From the NCBI GenBank assembly GCA_023255955.1, contig JAGDWD010000007.1:71929-135928 (forward strand): a DNA stretch of 64,000 bases, given 5' to 3'. The stretch comes from Desulfurococcales archaeon (GTDB lineage Archaea > Thermoproteota > Thermoprotei_A > Sulfolobales > NBVN01). Positions 27,710-36,342 of this stretch are shown piece after piece (the first letter of the stretch is position 1; every line of letters starts with the position of its first letter). Below the pieces are notes generated by a model that was not told the origin of the DNA, did no database searches, and saw nothing but the letters and a program-made list of their open reading frames with translations. Made by a program: the position numbers and the translations under genes.

Positions 27710-28609
27710 GTGAAAGTTACCAGCTTACCTGGAGATCCAGGCATCGGTCCTCGCTTAGCAGACTATCTCAAGCTCGAGCACGTGCAGTTCCAGCACAAGA
27801 TATTTCCAGATGGGGAGCTATATCTAAGGCTTCCTAAGATCGTGGAGGGGGAGAGAGTCCTACTCGTCCAATCCATGTACCCTAACCAGAATGACCGTGT
27901 CGTAGAGCTACTACTAGCACTTGAACTTCTCAGCCGTTACAATAATAGTGTCGTTCTCCTAGTAACATATCTTGCCTACGCCCGCCAGGACAAGGAGTTT
28001 CTGGCTGGTGAACCCATAAGCCTGCGTTCGCTAGTTAAGGCACTAAGTTCTCTAGGACTTGAAGCTCTAGTAACTGTCGATGCTCATAGCCCTCTCGCTA
28101 TCAAGGAATTCGTAGGTAGTGTAAGATATGTGAATCTCGTGCCAGACGAGGTCTTCTCAGAAGTACTCTCAAAGAAGTACAGGAGGGAGGAGCTCACAGT
28201 TATCGCTCCAGACCAAGGTGCGGAGAAGAGAGCTGCTTCCCTAGCTAAGCAGTTAGGGTGTGGGTATGTGGTTGTGAAGAAATCTAGGGACAGAGTTACC
28301 GGTAACGTAACACATGTTTTAGACTCTTTAAGCTCTGTATATGGGACGGCAGTAATTGTTGATGATATAGTGAGTACTGGGGGGACGATAGCTGGGATAG
28401 CTTCATACCTCTCAAGTCGCGGTGTCAGAGTTGTTGTTGCTGCTTCCCACGCGTTATTTGTGGGTGGGGCTTACGAGAAACTTGTGAGGTCGGGAGTGGC
28501 GGAGATCTATGCGCTACCTACTACCGGGGTTACTGTGGAGGGAGTGACCTACCTAGACATAGTTCCATATCTAGCTAGGATGCTGAGGGAGGAGAAGATA
28601 GTAGAGTAG
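27710..28609 (+). CDS. prs: Ribose-phosphate pyrophosphokinase
   Basis: It has the Prs pattern, including the PRPP-binding loop VIVDDIVSTGGT. The start is GTG. Confidence 0.85.
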   Translation: MKVTSLPGDPGIGPRLADYLKLEHVQFQHKIFPDGELYLRLPKIVEGERVLLVQSMYPNQNDRVVELLLALELLSRYNNSVVLLVTYLAYARQDKEFLAGEPISLRSLVKALSSLGLEALVTVDAHSPLAIKEFVGSVRYVNLVPDEVFSEVLSKKYRREELTVIAPDQGAEKRAASLAKQLGCGYVVVKKSRDRVTGNVTHVLDSLSSVYGTAVIVDDIVSTGGTIAGIASYLSSRGVRVVVAASHALFVGGAYEKLVRSGVAEIYALPTTGVTVEGVTYLDIVPYLARMLREEKIVE

Positions 28610-28654
28610 ATTAGTTAGCTCTAAAATGATTTCAGTGTCTTAGGTAAGGTCTAG

Positions 28655-29680
28655 ATGTTTACGAACCTAATATATGTTTACCTCTCTGGAGAGCATAAGA
28701 CCTTACCTAAAGCTGAGGTCTTAGCTATAGCTGAAGCTGAGGAGGTTGATATTAAGGTCCTACTTGATATGGACCAGCTATTGGTTCTATATTCTCCGAG
28801 TGAGCTGATAGAGCTCATAAAGCTAAGATCCGCCTACTCACGGAAGATAGGTACCGTACTCTGGCTAGGGCACTCAAAGGATCTGCTAACCGGGATAAGG
28901 GAAACTGTTGAAGTCCTTAAATACAGAGGTGCGAGCTCTATAAAGATGGATTATAGGGATCTGAGAAGCCTTTCTGAAGGACCTAAATACGATGATGTGG
29001 TCAAAGAGTTTGTGAGGTCAGGTATTAAGCTAGTGAAGAATAGTGATAGCGTAGTTGACATCATAATCTCGCAGGGAGTAGCTATTGTGGGGCTACGCAG
29101 ATATGAAATTAAGATAAAGGACTTTCTAAGTAGGTGGGCAAGTGAAAGACCTGTCTACCTACCCGGAGCTTTAAACCCGGACATATCACGGATCTTCGTG
29201 AACCTAAGCCGTGCGAGCATCAAAAAAGGTACTACCTACTACGATCCTTTCTGCGGTACCGGGAGTTTTCTACTTGAAGCATGTTATATGGGGTTAAGGT
29301 ACTTGGGGAGCGATATTGACGAGAAATACGTAGCGGCAGCATCGAGAAACCTAAGGGGCTATGGCTGCGAACCCGAGGTCCTTGTAGCCGACGCATGTAG
29401 GATGCCAGTACATGAAGTTGGTGCGATCGGGACTGACATGCCGTACGGTAGGCAGACAAAACCCCACGGAATCGACATACAGAGACTAATTGAGTGTTTC
29501 CTCGAAAACGCTGAAACTGTGCTAAAGAAGGGGTCATACCTAGTGTTTGCCCAGGATATTCGCTTCGAGAACGTGATTTACAGAGCTCTTAACAGATTGA
29601 GCTTTAAGTTAGTAGAGATCCATAGGAACTGGGTCCACGGGTCTTTAACGAGAAATATTTATGTACTCCAGAGAACGTAG
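28655..29680 (+). CDS. THUMP-domain tRNA (guanine-N2) methyltransferase, Trm11/Trm-G10-like
   Basis: The SAM motif DPFCGTGSFLLEA and catalytic DMPYG follow an N-terminal THUMP-like region. Confidence 0.7.
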   Translation: MFTNLIYVYLSGEHKTLPKAEVLAIAEAEEVDIKVLLDMDQLLVLYSPSELIELIKLRSAYSRKIGTVLWLGHSKDLLTGIRETVEVLKYRGASSIKMDYRDLRSLSEGPKYDDVVKEFVRSGIKLVKNSDSVVDIIISQGVAIVGLRRYEIKIKDFLSRWASERPVYLPGALNPDISRIFVNLSRASIKKGTTYYDPFCGTGSFLLEACYMGLRYLGSDIDEKYVAAASRNLRGYGCEPEVLVADACRMPVHEVGAIGTDMPYGRQTKPHGIDIQRLIECFLENAETVLKKGSYLVFAQDIRFENVIYRALNRLSFKLVEIHRNWVHGSLTRNIYVLQRT

Positions 29681-29930
29681 CTTGGTGAGAGAAATCAAGG
29701 CGGCTCTGATACTAGTGATATATGGGATACTGATAATGGCGTTAATACCCTTACTAGTTCTCGTAGCTGTAAACATAGAGAACTTAGCAAGGAGCTATCT
29801 AACATCTTTCGGGGCGTCCCTAACATCATTAATATTCTTTGTTTCTATCGTTGCTGGAGCTCTATATCTATGGCTAAAAATGGCGAGTCTCCTCACCCGA
29901 AGAATGTGCAGAGAAAAGACTTTAACCTAG
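29661..29930 (+). CDS. Small membrane protein
   Basis: The 89-aa product has two predicted TM helices and overlaps the upstream gene by 20 nt. Confidence 0.35.
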   Translation: MYSRERSLVREIKAALILVIYGILIMALIPLLVLVAVNIENLARSYLTSFGASLTSLIFFVSIVAGALYLWLKMASLLTRRMCREKTLT

Positions 29931-29985
29931 GGAAGCTTAAAACATTTCGAAGTTAGAGTATGGTTTAGGAGTTAAGGACGCCGCA

Positions 29986-30711
29986 TTAGGGCAGTGGAGA
30001 GGTCAGTAAAGTTGCTAGGGATGTAATTAGGTAGGATATTGTTGGTATGAACACTAAAGCATCATATATCCCGAGACCCCCTATTATAAATGTTTTCGTG
30101 TTGCTGACGACGGCCCACTTTATTGCTAACACATCACAGCCTACGAGTATGGAGATGAAGTTTAGTAGAACGGAGATGAGGACTGCAGAAGGGTCTTTAA
30201 ACAGGAGCCAGGTTGTTAAGCTAACTGCTGTAGCATAGAATGCCGACGTAATTACAGGTATAGCCACTCCCAGCGTCCTTATATGGAAGGAGATTGCTTT
30301 ATAGAAGATAATAGAGAGGACAGCAATAAATAACAGAACAGAAAGTTCTTCTACTGATAACATGAGCAGATTAAGCTTGGCTAGAGCTATAGCCAAAGTT
30401 AGTGCGAAAACTAGGGTAGTACCGGATAGTGTGATCTTCACCCACCCCTCACCCCTGATCTTTACCCGAATAACCGCTATACCTTCTCCCCACTCAACCG
30501 CTTCAGAAACCCTGAATTCCTCACTCTTTATTGACAGTTTTAACACAGGTAGCTTCAGGCTGTGCGAGAACTTGAGTACCATAAAGAAAACAAAGCCCAG
30601 GAGAGCTTCCTTAAGTCCGAGGCTACCCAAGACGGTACTCACTACAAAGAGGGACCAGTAGTAGACCGATAAATCAGCGAGTAAGTTAATAGCTTTACGC
30701 ATATCACACAC
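29986..30711 (-). CDS. Polytopic membrane protein, function unknown
   Basis: The 241-aa product has 5-6 hydrophobic helices and overlaps ORF 30704-30898 by 8 nt. Confidence 0.5.
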   Translation of the reverse strand: MCDMRKAINLLADLSVYYWSLFVVSTVLGSLGLKEALLGFVFFMVLKFSHSLKLPVLKLSIKSEEFRVSEAVEWGEGIAVIRVKIRGEGWVKITLSGTTLVFALTLAIALAKLNLLMLSVEELSVLLFIAVLSIIFYKAISFHIRTLGVAIPVITSAFYATAVSLTTWLLFKDPSAVLISVLLNFISILVGCDVLAIKWAVVSNTKTFIIGGLGIYDALVFIPTISYLITSLATLLTSPLP

Positions 30712-30898
30712 CGAGGAGCTTCGTTCTCATATTGCCTGGAGTAACCCGAACCTCTATTTCCGGTACCTTAGGATATCGTGCTGATACTCTCACAGTAGTG
30801 ACCCCTCCGTAGTTAGAAATATCATGGCTCCTACGAACTCCGAAGTCATTTGCTTCATCACTAGAAATACTAGTTCCAGCCTCATAGGCCTGGGGCAT
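30704..30898 (-). CDS. Small hypothetical protein
   Basis: The 64-aa ORF is apparently coupled to the downstream membrane protein gene. No motif is recognised. Confidence 0.3.
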   Translation of the reverse strand: MPQAYEAGTSISSDEANDFGVRRSHDISNYGGVTTVRVSARYPKVPEIEVRVTPGNMRTKLLGV

Positions 30899-31005
30899 CT
30901 CAGACCACCACGAATGGTAAGCGTGCTGTACATCTCTTTAGTAGTCTGCTTTCACTATTCTTAAAAAGACCTATTCAAATAGATGATGAGCAGATTAATG
31001 AATTT

Positions 31006-31053
31006 CCTCGCTGACCTCTTCCCCGCTTTTTTATGGTGAGGGCTTTCAATGAT
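31006..31053 (-). repeat. Dispersed hairpin element, copy i
   Basis: On the minus strand it reads ATCATTGAAAGCCCTCACCATAAAAAAGCGGGGAAGAGGTCAGCGAGG. It sits in a 69-bp segment bounded by 10-bp direct repeats ATTCAAATAG (30973-30982 and 31052-31061). Confidence 0.5.
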
Positions 31054-31073
31054 TCAAATAGGTTTAGAGCTCT

Positions 31074-32426
31074 CTACGAGATTACCAGTTCAGTGTCTTT
31101 CCTAGCTACAACGTATATGGCTACCAGAGATATTAGGGCTGAGGGAGGCAAAGCAATTACTACGGCCTCAGCTGTATATGGATCGCTAAATGCTATTGAA
31201 AACCTAAGCGTCACCGGAATTTTACTGACCATGGTTCTTCCGAGGAGTACTGAGACTTGGACCACTTCTGTCTGCATAACGCCCTCCGCTGACTTAATCA
31301 CCCCGTTTTCATCGTATATAGCCTCGAAGTAGAGGGTTACAGGTACCTTCTCACTCACGTACCTATTACCTACTTCTAATCTGATCTCCACAGTAGCTTC
31401 TAGAGGTTTATCTAGGTAAGATAAGTTCCTCCCTGATAGGCTCGGATTTACTAAAAGATTTAGCTTCGAGATTCTATATAGGATTATGTTCGTGTTATCA
31501 TAGTTGTACCCTTCGTAGCTATAGCTACCGTAAGGTGAAACCTTGAGGAGTACAGTGTCGACGTATCCATCAAAGCCTACGTTACCCACGTACACAGAGA
31601 GCGAGCTGGGTTCTATGGTTGCTGAGTAATAGATGAGGGGAGCCGTTGATAGAGCTATTAGAGCTATTAGGAGGATCTTAGCAGCTCGCCCCAGCCCACT
31701 TACGTAGACCCTCAAAACGATGTATCTAAATAAGTAGAGGGTCTCCCGAAATATTCTCAACTCCCTAGCTTTTACCCTGCCAAGGATCCATGCCAAGGCT
31801 ATGCCTGCTATGAATCCCCCAGCATGAGCAAAGAACGCTATTCCACCTAGATTCATGTAGCCATAGATAACCTGGGTTGCGAACCAGAATATCAGGTAAG
31901 CTGATGCTCTCATAGTGAAGCATGCTGGGAGGAAAAATATTGGGAAGCACGCTACGAGAGAAGTTCCAGGAAAGAACATCAGGTAAGCTCCCAGAACTCC
32001 GCTAATAGCTCCTGAGGCTCCCACAGCTGGTATCCCTATAGCTGCGAGACCAGCTACGGGAACTGCTGCGGTATGGAATAATGAAGCACCTATACCAGAC
32101 AATAAGTACAGCACTAAAAACCTCCGACTCCCCATAACGTCTTCCACACCTCTTCCGAAGATGTAGAGAAAATACATGTTGAACACGAGGTGAAGTAAGT
32201 TAGCGTGTACGAACATAGATGTGAATATCCTAGCTAGACCCTCAGGTGAAGGTAGTAGAGCTGGAATAAAGCCTAGCTTGTAGAGATAGCTTGATGACGA
32301 GCTAATCAGGTAGTTAGCTGAGGAGGTAATAAGGTAGACTACAACATTGATAACCACTATAGCTATAGTTGCTAGAGGGAATTTCCTCGGCTCGGTACCA
32401 CCGAAAACATAGCCCAACCTCGGCAC
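31074..32426 (-). CDS. Rhomboid-family intramembrane serine protease with a ~220-aa C-terminal extension
   Basis: It has FVHANLLHLVFNM (the H/N motif), GASGAISGVLGAY (catalytic GxSG) and FFAHAGGF (catalytic His). After one more TM helix comes a beta-rich domain and a terminal TM helix. Confidence 0.8.
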   Translation of the reverse strand: MPRLGYVFGGTEPRKFPLATIAIVVINVVVYLITSSANYLISSSSSYLYKLGFIPALLPSPEGLARIFTSMFVHANLLHLVFNMYFLYIFGRGVEDVMGSRRFLVLYLLSGIGASLFHTAAVPVAGLAAIGIPAVGASGAISGVLGAYLMFFPGTSLVACFPIFFLPACFTMRASAYLIFWFATQVIYGYMNLGGIAFFAHAGGFIAGIALAWILGRVKARELRIFRETLYLFRYIVLRVYVSGLGRAAKILLIALIALSTAPLIYYSATIEPSSLSVYVGNVGFDGYVDTVLLKVSPYGSYSYEGYNYDNTNIILYRISKLNLLVNPSLSGRNLSYLDKPLEATVEIRLEVGNRYVSEKVPVTLYFEAIYDENGVIKSAEGVMQTEVVQVSVLLGRTMVSKIPVTLRFSIAFSDPYTAEAVVIALPPSALISLVAIYVVARKDTELVIS

Positions 32427-32520
32427 CAGAGCTTAATTACCTTACTTAAATATATTCTAATCTTCATCTACTCAAGCATCTCTATAATGTAAGCTCCCAT
32501 TCTTAATGCTGAGTGCGGAG

Positions 32521-32784
32521 TTAAATCCTTATCATACCCTGCCGATAAGCCTCCAAGAGCTCTCTAGAGATTGTGTAGCAACCGATCCCACGCTTGAGTA
32601 AGCCCAAGGTCACGAGCCTCATTAGGACTTTAGATGGGTTTCTTACCCCGAGAGATTTTAGTTCCCTAGACGCAAGTATCTCACCGACAGATCTACACCT
32701 CAAGAAATACTTCAAAGTAGTCAACTCCTCCTCGCTGAGACTTCTGATTAAGTCCTGAAGTTTCTCCTTATTACTCTGATCCAA
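32521..32784 (-). CDS. Small winged-helix-like protein
   Basis: The 87-aa product has an HTH-like segment (GEILASRELKSLGVRNPSKVLMRLVTLGLLKR). Confidence 0.4.
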   Translation of the reverse strand: MDQSNKEKLQDLIRSLSEEELTTLKYFLRCRSVGEILASRELKSLGVRNPSKVLMRLVTLGLLKRGIGCYTISRELLEAYRQGMIRI

Positions 32785-32793
32785 CTATAGCAC

Positions 32794-33759
32794 CTAATAG
32801 AAGAAGGTATCTACGAAGTTATGCTCAGTTATGGTGCTAGCCTTACCGTAGCTAGCACAGACATGTGAGAGAGGACATATACCAGTGTTCTCGCATATAG
32901 GCTTCTCGCGGGTGCAGTACTTCCTACCAAACGTCCATAAATAGTCATCTAAGTAGTCAGGCCTTATCCCTGAGATGTGTGATAGGAGCCTATATGCTTC
33001 CCTTACTGCCATCCGTATCTCTATATCCTCACGTTCTGTGAACTCAGCTCCAGAGAGGATCTTCTGGAATAGCTCCTCCCTTATTCTTATGATTCTCAGT
33101 CTCAAGGCTATTCTAGTTAGGTGATTATCTACGGGGGTCTCTATATTATGTTCGTCTACTACCCTCAGGAGTTTCCTTCTGGTAATGAATTTAATAAAGA
33201 GAAAGAACTTCTTCTCAACAGGATCTGAGTAGGCTTTAAATACCTTAAAGAAGCTACTCAAACCTACCGAAGTAGGGCTCCTTATGTACCCATTAGATGC
33301 GTTAATCAACCTAGAGATGGAGCCCCCGAAGAACTTCAGGAGCTTTCTACCAGCATCCCGCAGTAACTCAGCTCTAACATCCGGATCCCAGATCGTCACT
33401 CCATTAGGGGTCGTCAACCACTTTTTTACATCCTCAGTTGTTATCGCCGACATCCTCTCCGGGCTAAAGAAGTCTGGATCTCGGTCATATCTAAGCTTAC
33501 CAAGTCTGTACAGCATGTCCGCCCCATGGAAGAACTCACCATCAACGTACCCCTCGAAAGGTCCGAACCTCGATGTCCTATGGTCTATAGCCACCATAAA
33601 GAAGAAGTACCTCAAGACCTTCTCAGGTTCCTCAGATTTAGAGGGATAGAAGCGAGGATCTGCAAACTCCTCTGGATCTTTCACTACCTCGCTATATGTC
33701 TCCTTTACTAACCTAGCTACCCTCACCAGTTCATTATATGATAAAACAGCACTCAACAC
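32794..33759 (-). CDS. HhH-GPD-like (DNA glycosylase superfamily-like) protein with a C-terminal 4-Cys cluster loop
   Basis: TPVDNHLTRIALRLRI resembles the EndoIII VDTHV helix-hairpin region. The C-terminus CTREKPICENTGICPLSHVC has spacing C-x6-C-x5-C-x5-C. Confidence 0.4.
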   Translation of the reverse strand: MLSAVLSYNELVRVARLVKETYSEVVKDPEEFADPRFYPSKSEEPEKVLRYFFFMVAIDHRTSRFGPFEGYVDGEFFHGADMLYRLGKLRYDRDPDFFSPERMSAITTEDVKKWLTTPNGVTIWDPDVRAELLRDAGRKLLKFFGGSISRLINASNGYIRSPTSVGLSSFFKVFKAYSDPVEKKFFLFIKFITRRKLLRVVDEHNIETPVDNHLTRIALRLRIIRIREELFQKILSGAEFTEREDIEIRMAVREAYRLLSHISGIRPDYLDDYLWTFGRKYCTREKPICENTGICPLSHVCASYGKASTITEHNFVDTFFY

Positions 33760-33840
33760 TTAGCACCCGCCAGAGCTTAAGTCTTTGAACACTATTAAAA
33801 CTTCAGTCCAACACGCCCTAATCGAGTTTAATCTTACAGT

Positions 33841-33880
33841 TGAAATCCCAGCCCTTCAAGGCAGGGAAGAGGTCATCACG
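33841..33880 (-). repeat. Dispersed hairpin element, copy b
   Basis: On the minus strand it reads CGTGATGACCTCTTCCCTGCCTTGAAGGGCTGGGATTTCA. The stem is CCCTGCCT/GGGCTGGG with loop TGAA. Confidence 0.5.
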
Positions 33881-33887
33881 TACCTCA

Positions 33888-34469
33888 CTACCTAAGCTTC
33901 TCCAGTAAATGAAGTACTAGACTCCGTTTAAACGAGTTTTCTACAGCTTCAACTATCTCTATGGCTTCACCTAAGCTCCTCCCGACGCCAACTATTCCAT
34001 GGTTCTTTAAGACGACACCTAAACACCCCTTAGCGATGACCTCCCCAACGGAGTCAGCAAGTTCTTTAGATCCAGGTGGTAGCTCACCTACGTAGCACGT
34101 TCTCATGTCGAATACCCTGAACTCCATATCTAGATATGGATCTAGAACCCCTGCTAGTACTGGTGCGAAGAGGCCGTGGACGTGAACTACAGATTTACAT
34201 TCAGAGCAGACTCTGTATATAGTTAAATGCATCTGGATTTCAGTTGAGGGTCTTGGTCCAGCTAGGTGAGTTCCGTCTATAGCTACTATTGATATGTCCT
34301 CTGGTTTAAGTAGAAACTTCTCTATCCTCGATGGGGTTATAGCTACCCTTTCCTCACTTAACTTAATGCTCGCGTTCCCGCTGAGAGCTGTTATAAGTCC
34401 CTTTAGATAGAGGTACCTCATAGCCTGACATAGCTTCTCTATGGATTCATCTGGCAGGGCTATCCCCAC
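33888..34469 (-). CDS. Class II aldolase/adducin-family protein (fuculose-phosphate aldolase-like)
   Basis: The 193-aa product has the pattern GNASIK...PSTEIQMH...VVHVH. Confidence 0.75.
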   Translation of the reverse strand: MGIALPDESIEKLCQAMRYLYLKGLITALSGNASIKLSEERVAITPSRIEKFLLKPEDISIVAIDGTHLAGPRPSTEIQMHLTIYRVCSECKSVVHVHGLFAPVLAGVLDPYLDMEFRVFDMRTCYVGELPPGSKELADSVGEVIAKGCLGVVLKNHGIVGVGRSLGEAIEIVEAVENSFKRSLVLHLLEKLR

Positions 34470-34476
34470 AGGGTAG

Positions 34477-35184
34477 TTAGGTAGCTAACATTTTTCTAGC
34501 TTCCTCAGCTATCTCCACTCCATAGCTAGTACCGATCACATGGGCACCGAGGTAGAGCATGAGTGCGGCATCGATAGCCGTCCTTATACCTCCAGATGCT
34601 TTAATCTTTATCTTCCCACTAGTAGCAGATTTAATTGTCAGTATATCAGAAGGAAGAACTCCTCTGGAGCCAAACCCGGTATTTGTCTTTATGAAGTCAG
34701 CACCTGAGAGCTCAACCAACTTAGAGACACTTCTCACCTCCTCATGTGTGAGTCCGGATGTCTCAATTATTATCTTTATGATTAATCCCAGCTCATGCGA
34801 TCTTTTGACTAGTTCTGAAACCTCCCTTGAGACTTCACTCCACTTACCGCTTTTAATAGGGATTAGGTTAAGTACGACATCAACCTCACGTGCTCCGCAG
34901 GTTGCCGCATAATCTATCTCACGAAGCTTAATGTCGACAGGGCTGTAGCCATTCGGAAATCCTATAACCGTCCCTACCCTGTACTTAGTTAGAGGTGTAA
35001 CTAAGGGGAGTATTACCTGCGGAACCACTACTGCTCTGAAACTATATTTTTCAGATCTTTCGATGAACTCCAGGTACTCCCTCTCAGATGCGTTAACTTT
35101 CAGCATCGTCTGATCTATCGATCCTTCAACAGCTTTGACGTAGCCTATCAATGTGTTTAAGTCCATGCTAGACAATCCAGTCAC
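34477..35184 (-). CDS. deoC: Deoxyribose-phosphate aldolase
   Basis: It is a DeoC-type TIM barrel (IDQTMLK, REVDVVLN, FIKTNTGF with the Schiff-base Lys, KASGGIRT). Confidence 0.8.
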   Translation of the reverse strand: MTGLSSMDLNTLIGYVKAVEGSIDQTMLKVNASEREYLEFIERSEKYSFRAVVVPQVILPLVTPLTKYRVGTVIGFPNGYSPVDIKLREIDYAATCGAREVDVVLNLIPIKSGKWSEVSREVSELVKRSHELGLIIKIIIETSGLTHEEVRSVSKLVELSGADFIKTNTGFGSRGVLPSDILTIKSATSGKIKIKASGGIRTAIDAALMLYLGAHVIGTSYGVEIAEEARKMLAT

Positions 35185-36340
35185 CTACCTCAATCTTCTC
35201 TGGTATATATCGATCCGATAGAAACTTCAGCCCCTTACCGGCTAAAGCCTCTATTTCCAACTTAACTTTCCTCGTCAAGAACTCATCTATCTCCAGCTGC
35301 CACCTATCAGACTTAAACCACGGATATTCTCTGAGCTCCTTAGCTCTCTTTATGTCTCTCTCCTTTGCCTTTATTATGAAGTTCTTTCTTTCCTCCTCAG
35401 TTAGGTACGGCTTCTTTCTAAGCTTATCGCTCCCAAATATATCTGTCATCATAACCCCGAGGAACCTAGCTTGTGGAGTAGCTAATCTCTCACTTTCATA
35501 AGATAAAGTTATAGAACCTGTCTTGAACACGCTGTATATGTAGTATCCGTAGGGATCGGAATCCGAGATCACGTAAACTGGTAGCTTCAGTTCCTCATTG
35601 AGTCGCCTAACGAATCTGCGAGTAGCTCTGTCTGGCTGGCCGGCACTTGTTACTAATATAGCACGGTACTTCTTCCAGAACCCTATTCTATGTAGTTGCT
35701 GGAAAACAGCGTCTTTCTCGATAACCAGAACAAACTCCGCGTTCACATCAACGAACTCTATGAGATCCGGGGTAGGTTCAATCGCGTACGCTCCGTGACC
35801 CATCTTACTTAAATCAATGACATCGTCACCAGAACGTATTTTCAGTTCTCCAACCACCTTACCTTTCTCTTTACTCAGTATCAACATCTCCTCTCTGAGA
35901 ACATTCGTAAACACCTCTATGTCTCTAATAACGGAATCAGACTCCGACTGCTCCTCCCAGGTGTTCTCCTCCCCAATAGCCTTTGAGGGTAGCTTCCTAT
36001 AACGGATAGTGTGCTTACCTCTGTAATAGAGGTCTCTTATTGTTGGGTATTCTCCGTTTGTCAGAGATTCATATATTATGCTCGCCATTAGTAGGGTCTG
36101 CATGAACTTCCTAGCCTCGCGGAGATCTAGGAACGATCTCTCGAACGTAGCATCTCCTAGGAGTAGAAGCTTCTTCTCAGGGTCATATACGGTATTACTG
36201 AGGGTTCTCTTTTTGATGACTAACTTAGGTGGGTTCCCGTCCATTATACTCTTCAGAACCTCTCTGAACTTCTCGTAGAGTATCTTGAGGGCTTTCTCGC
36301 GTGCTTGAAGGTCTACTTTAGAGGAGTATACTGCGGTCAT
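35168..36340 (-). CDS. top6A: DNA topoisomerase VI subunit A
   Basis: It has a Spo11/Top6A 5Y-CAP and TOPRIM pattern (IRDLYYRG, VLVIEKDAVF, SDSDPYGYYI). Confidence 0.9.
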   Translation of the reverse strand: MTAVYSSKVDLQAREKALKILYEKFREVLKSIMDGNPPKLVIKKRTLSNTVYDPEKKLLLLGDATFERSFLDLREARKFMQTLLMASIIYESLTNGEYPTIRDLYYRGKHTIRYRKLPSKAIGEENTWEEQSESDSVIRDIEVFTNVLREEMLILSKEKGKVVGELKIRSGDDVIDLSKMGHGAYAIEPTPDLIEFVDVNAEFVLVIEKDAVFQQLHRIGFWKKYRAILVTSAGQPDRATRRFVRRLNEELKLPVYVISDSDPYGYYIYSVFKTGSITLSYESERLATPQARFLGVMMTDIFGSDKLRKKPYLTEEERKNFIIKAKERDIKRAKELREYPWFKSDRWQLEIDEFLTRKVKLEIEALAGKGLKFLSDRYIPEKIEVGDWIV

Positions 36341-36342
36341 CG

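Noticed and set aside
30983-31014. C/D box sRNA on the plus strand (ATGATGA ... CTGA followed by a T-run).
   Set aside because: Only 21 nt lie between the boxes and there is no terminal stem. The segment coincides with the tail of hairpin-element copy i on the other strand.
33800-33880. C/D box sRNA on the minus strand (GTGATGA at 33879-33873 and CTGA about 70 nt downstream).
   Set aside because: Box spacing does not fit the 12-nt guide architecture. There are no credible C'/D' boxes, and the second guide would be about 37 nt. The GTGATGA is better explained as part of hairpin-element copy b.
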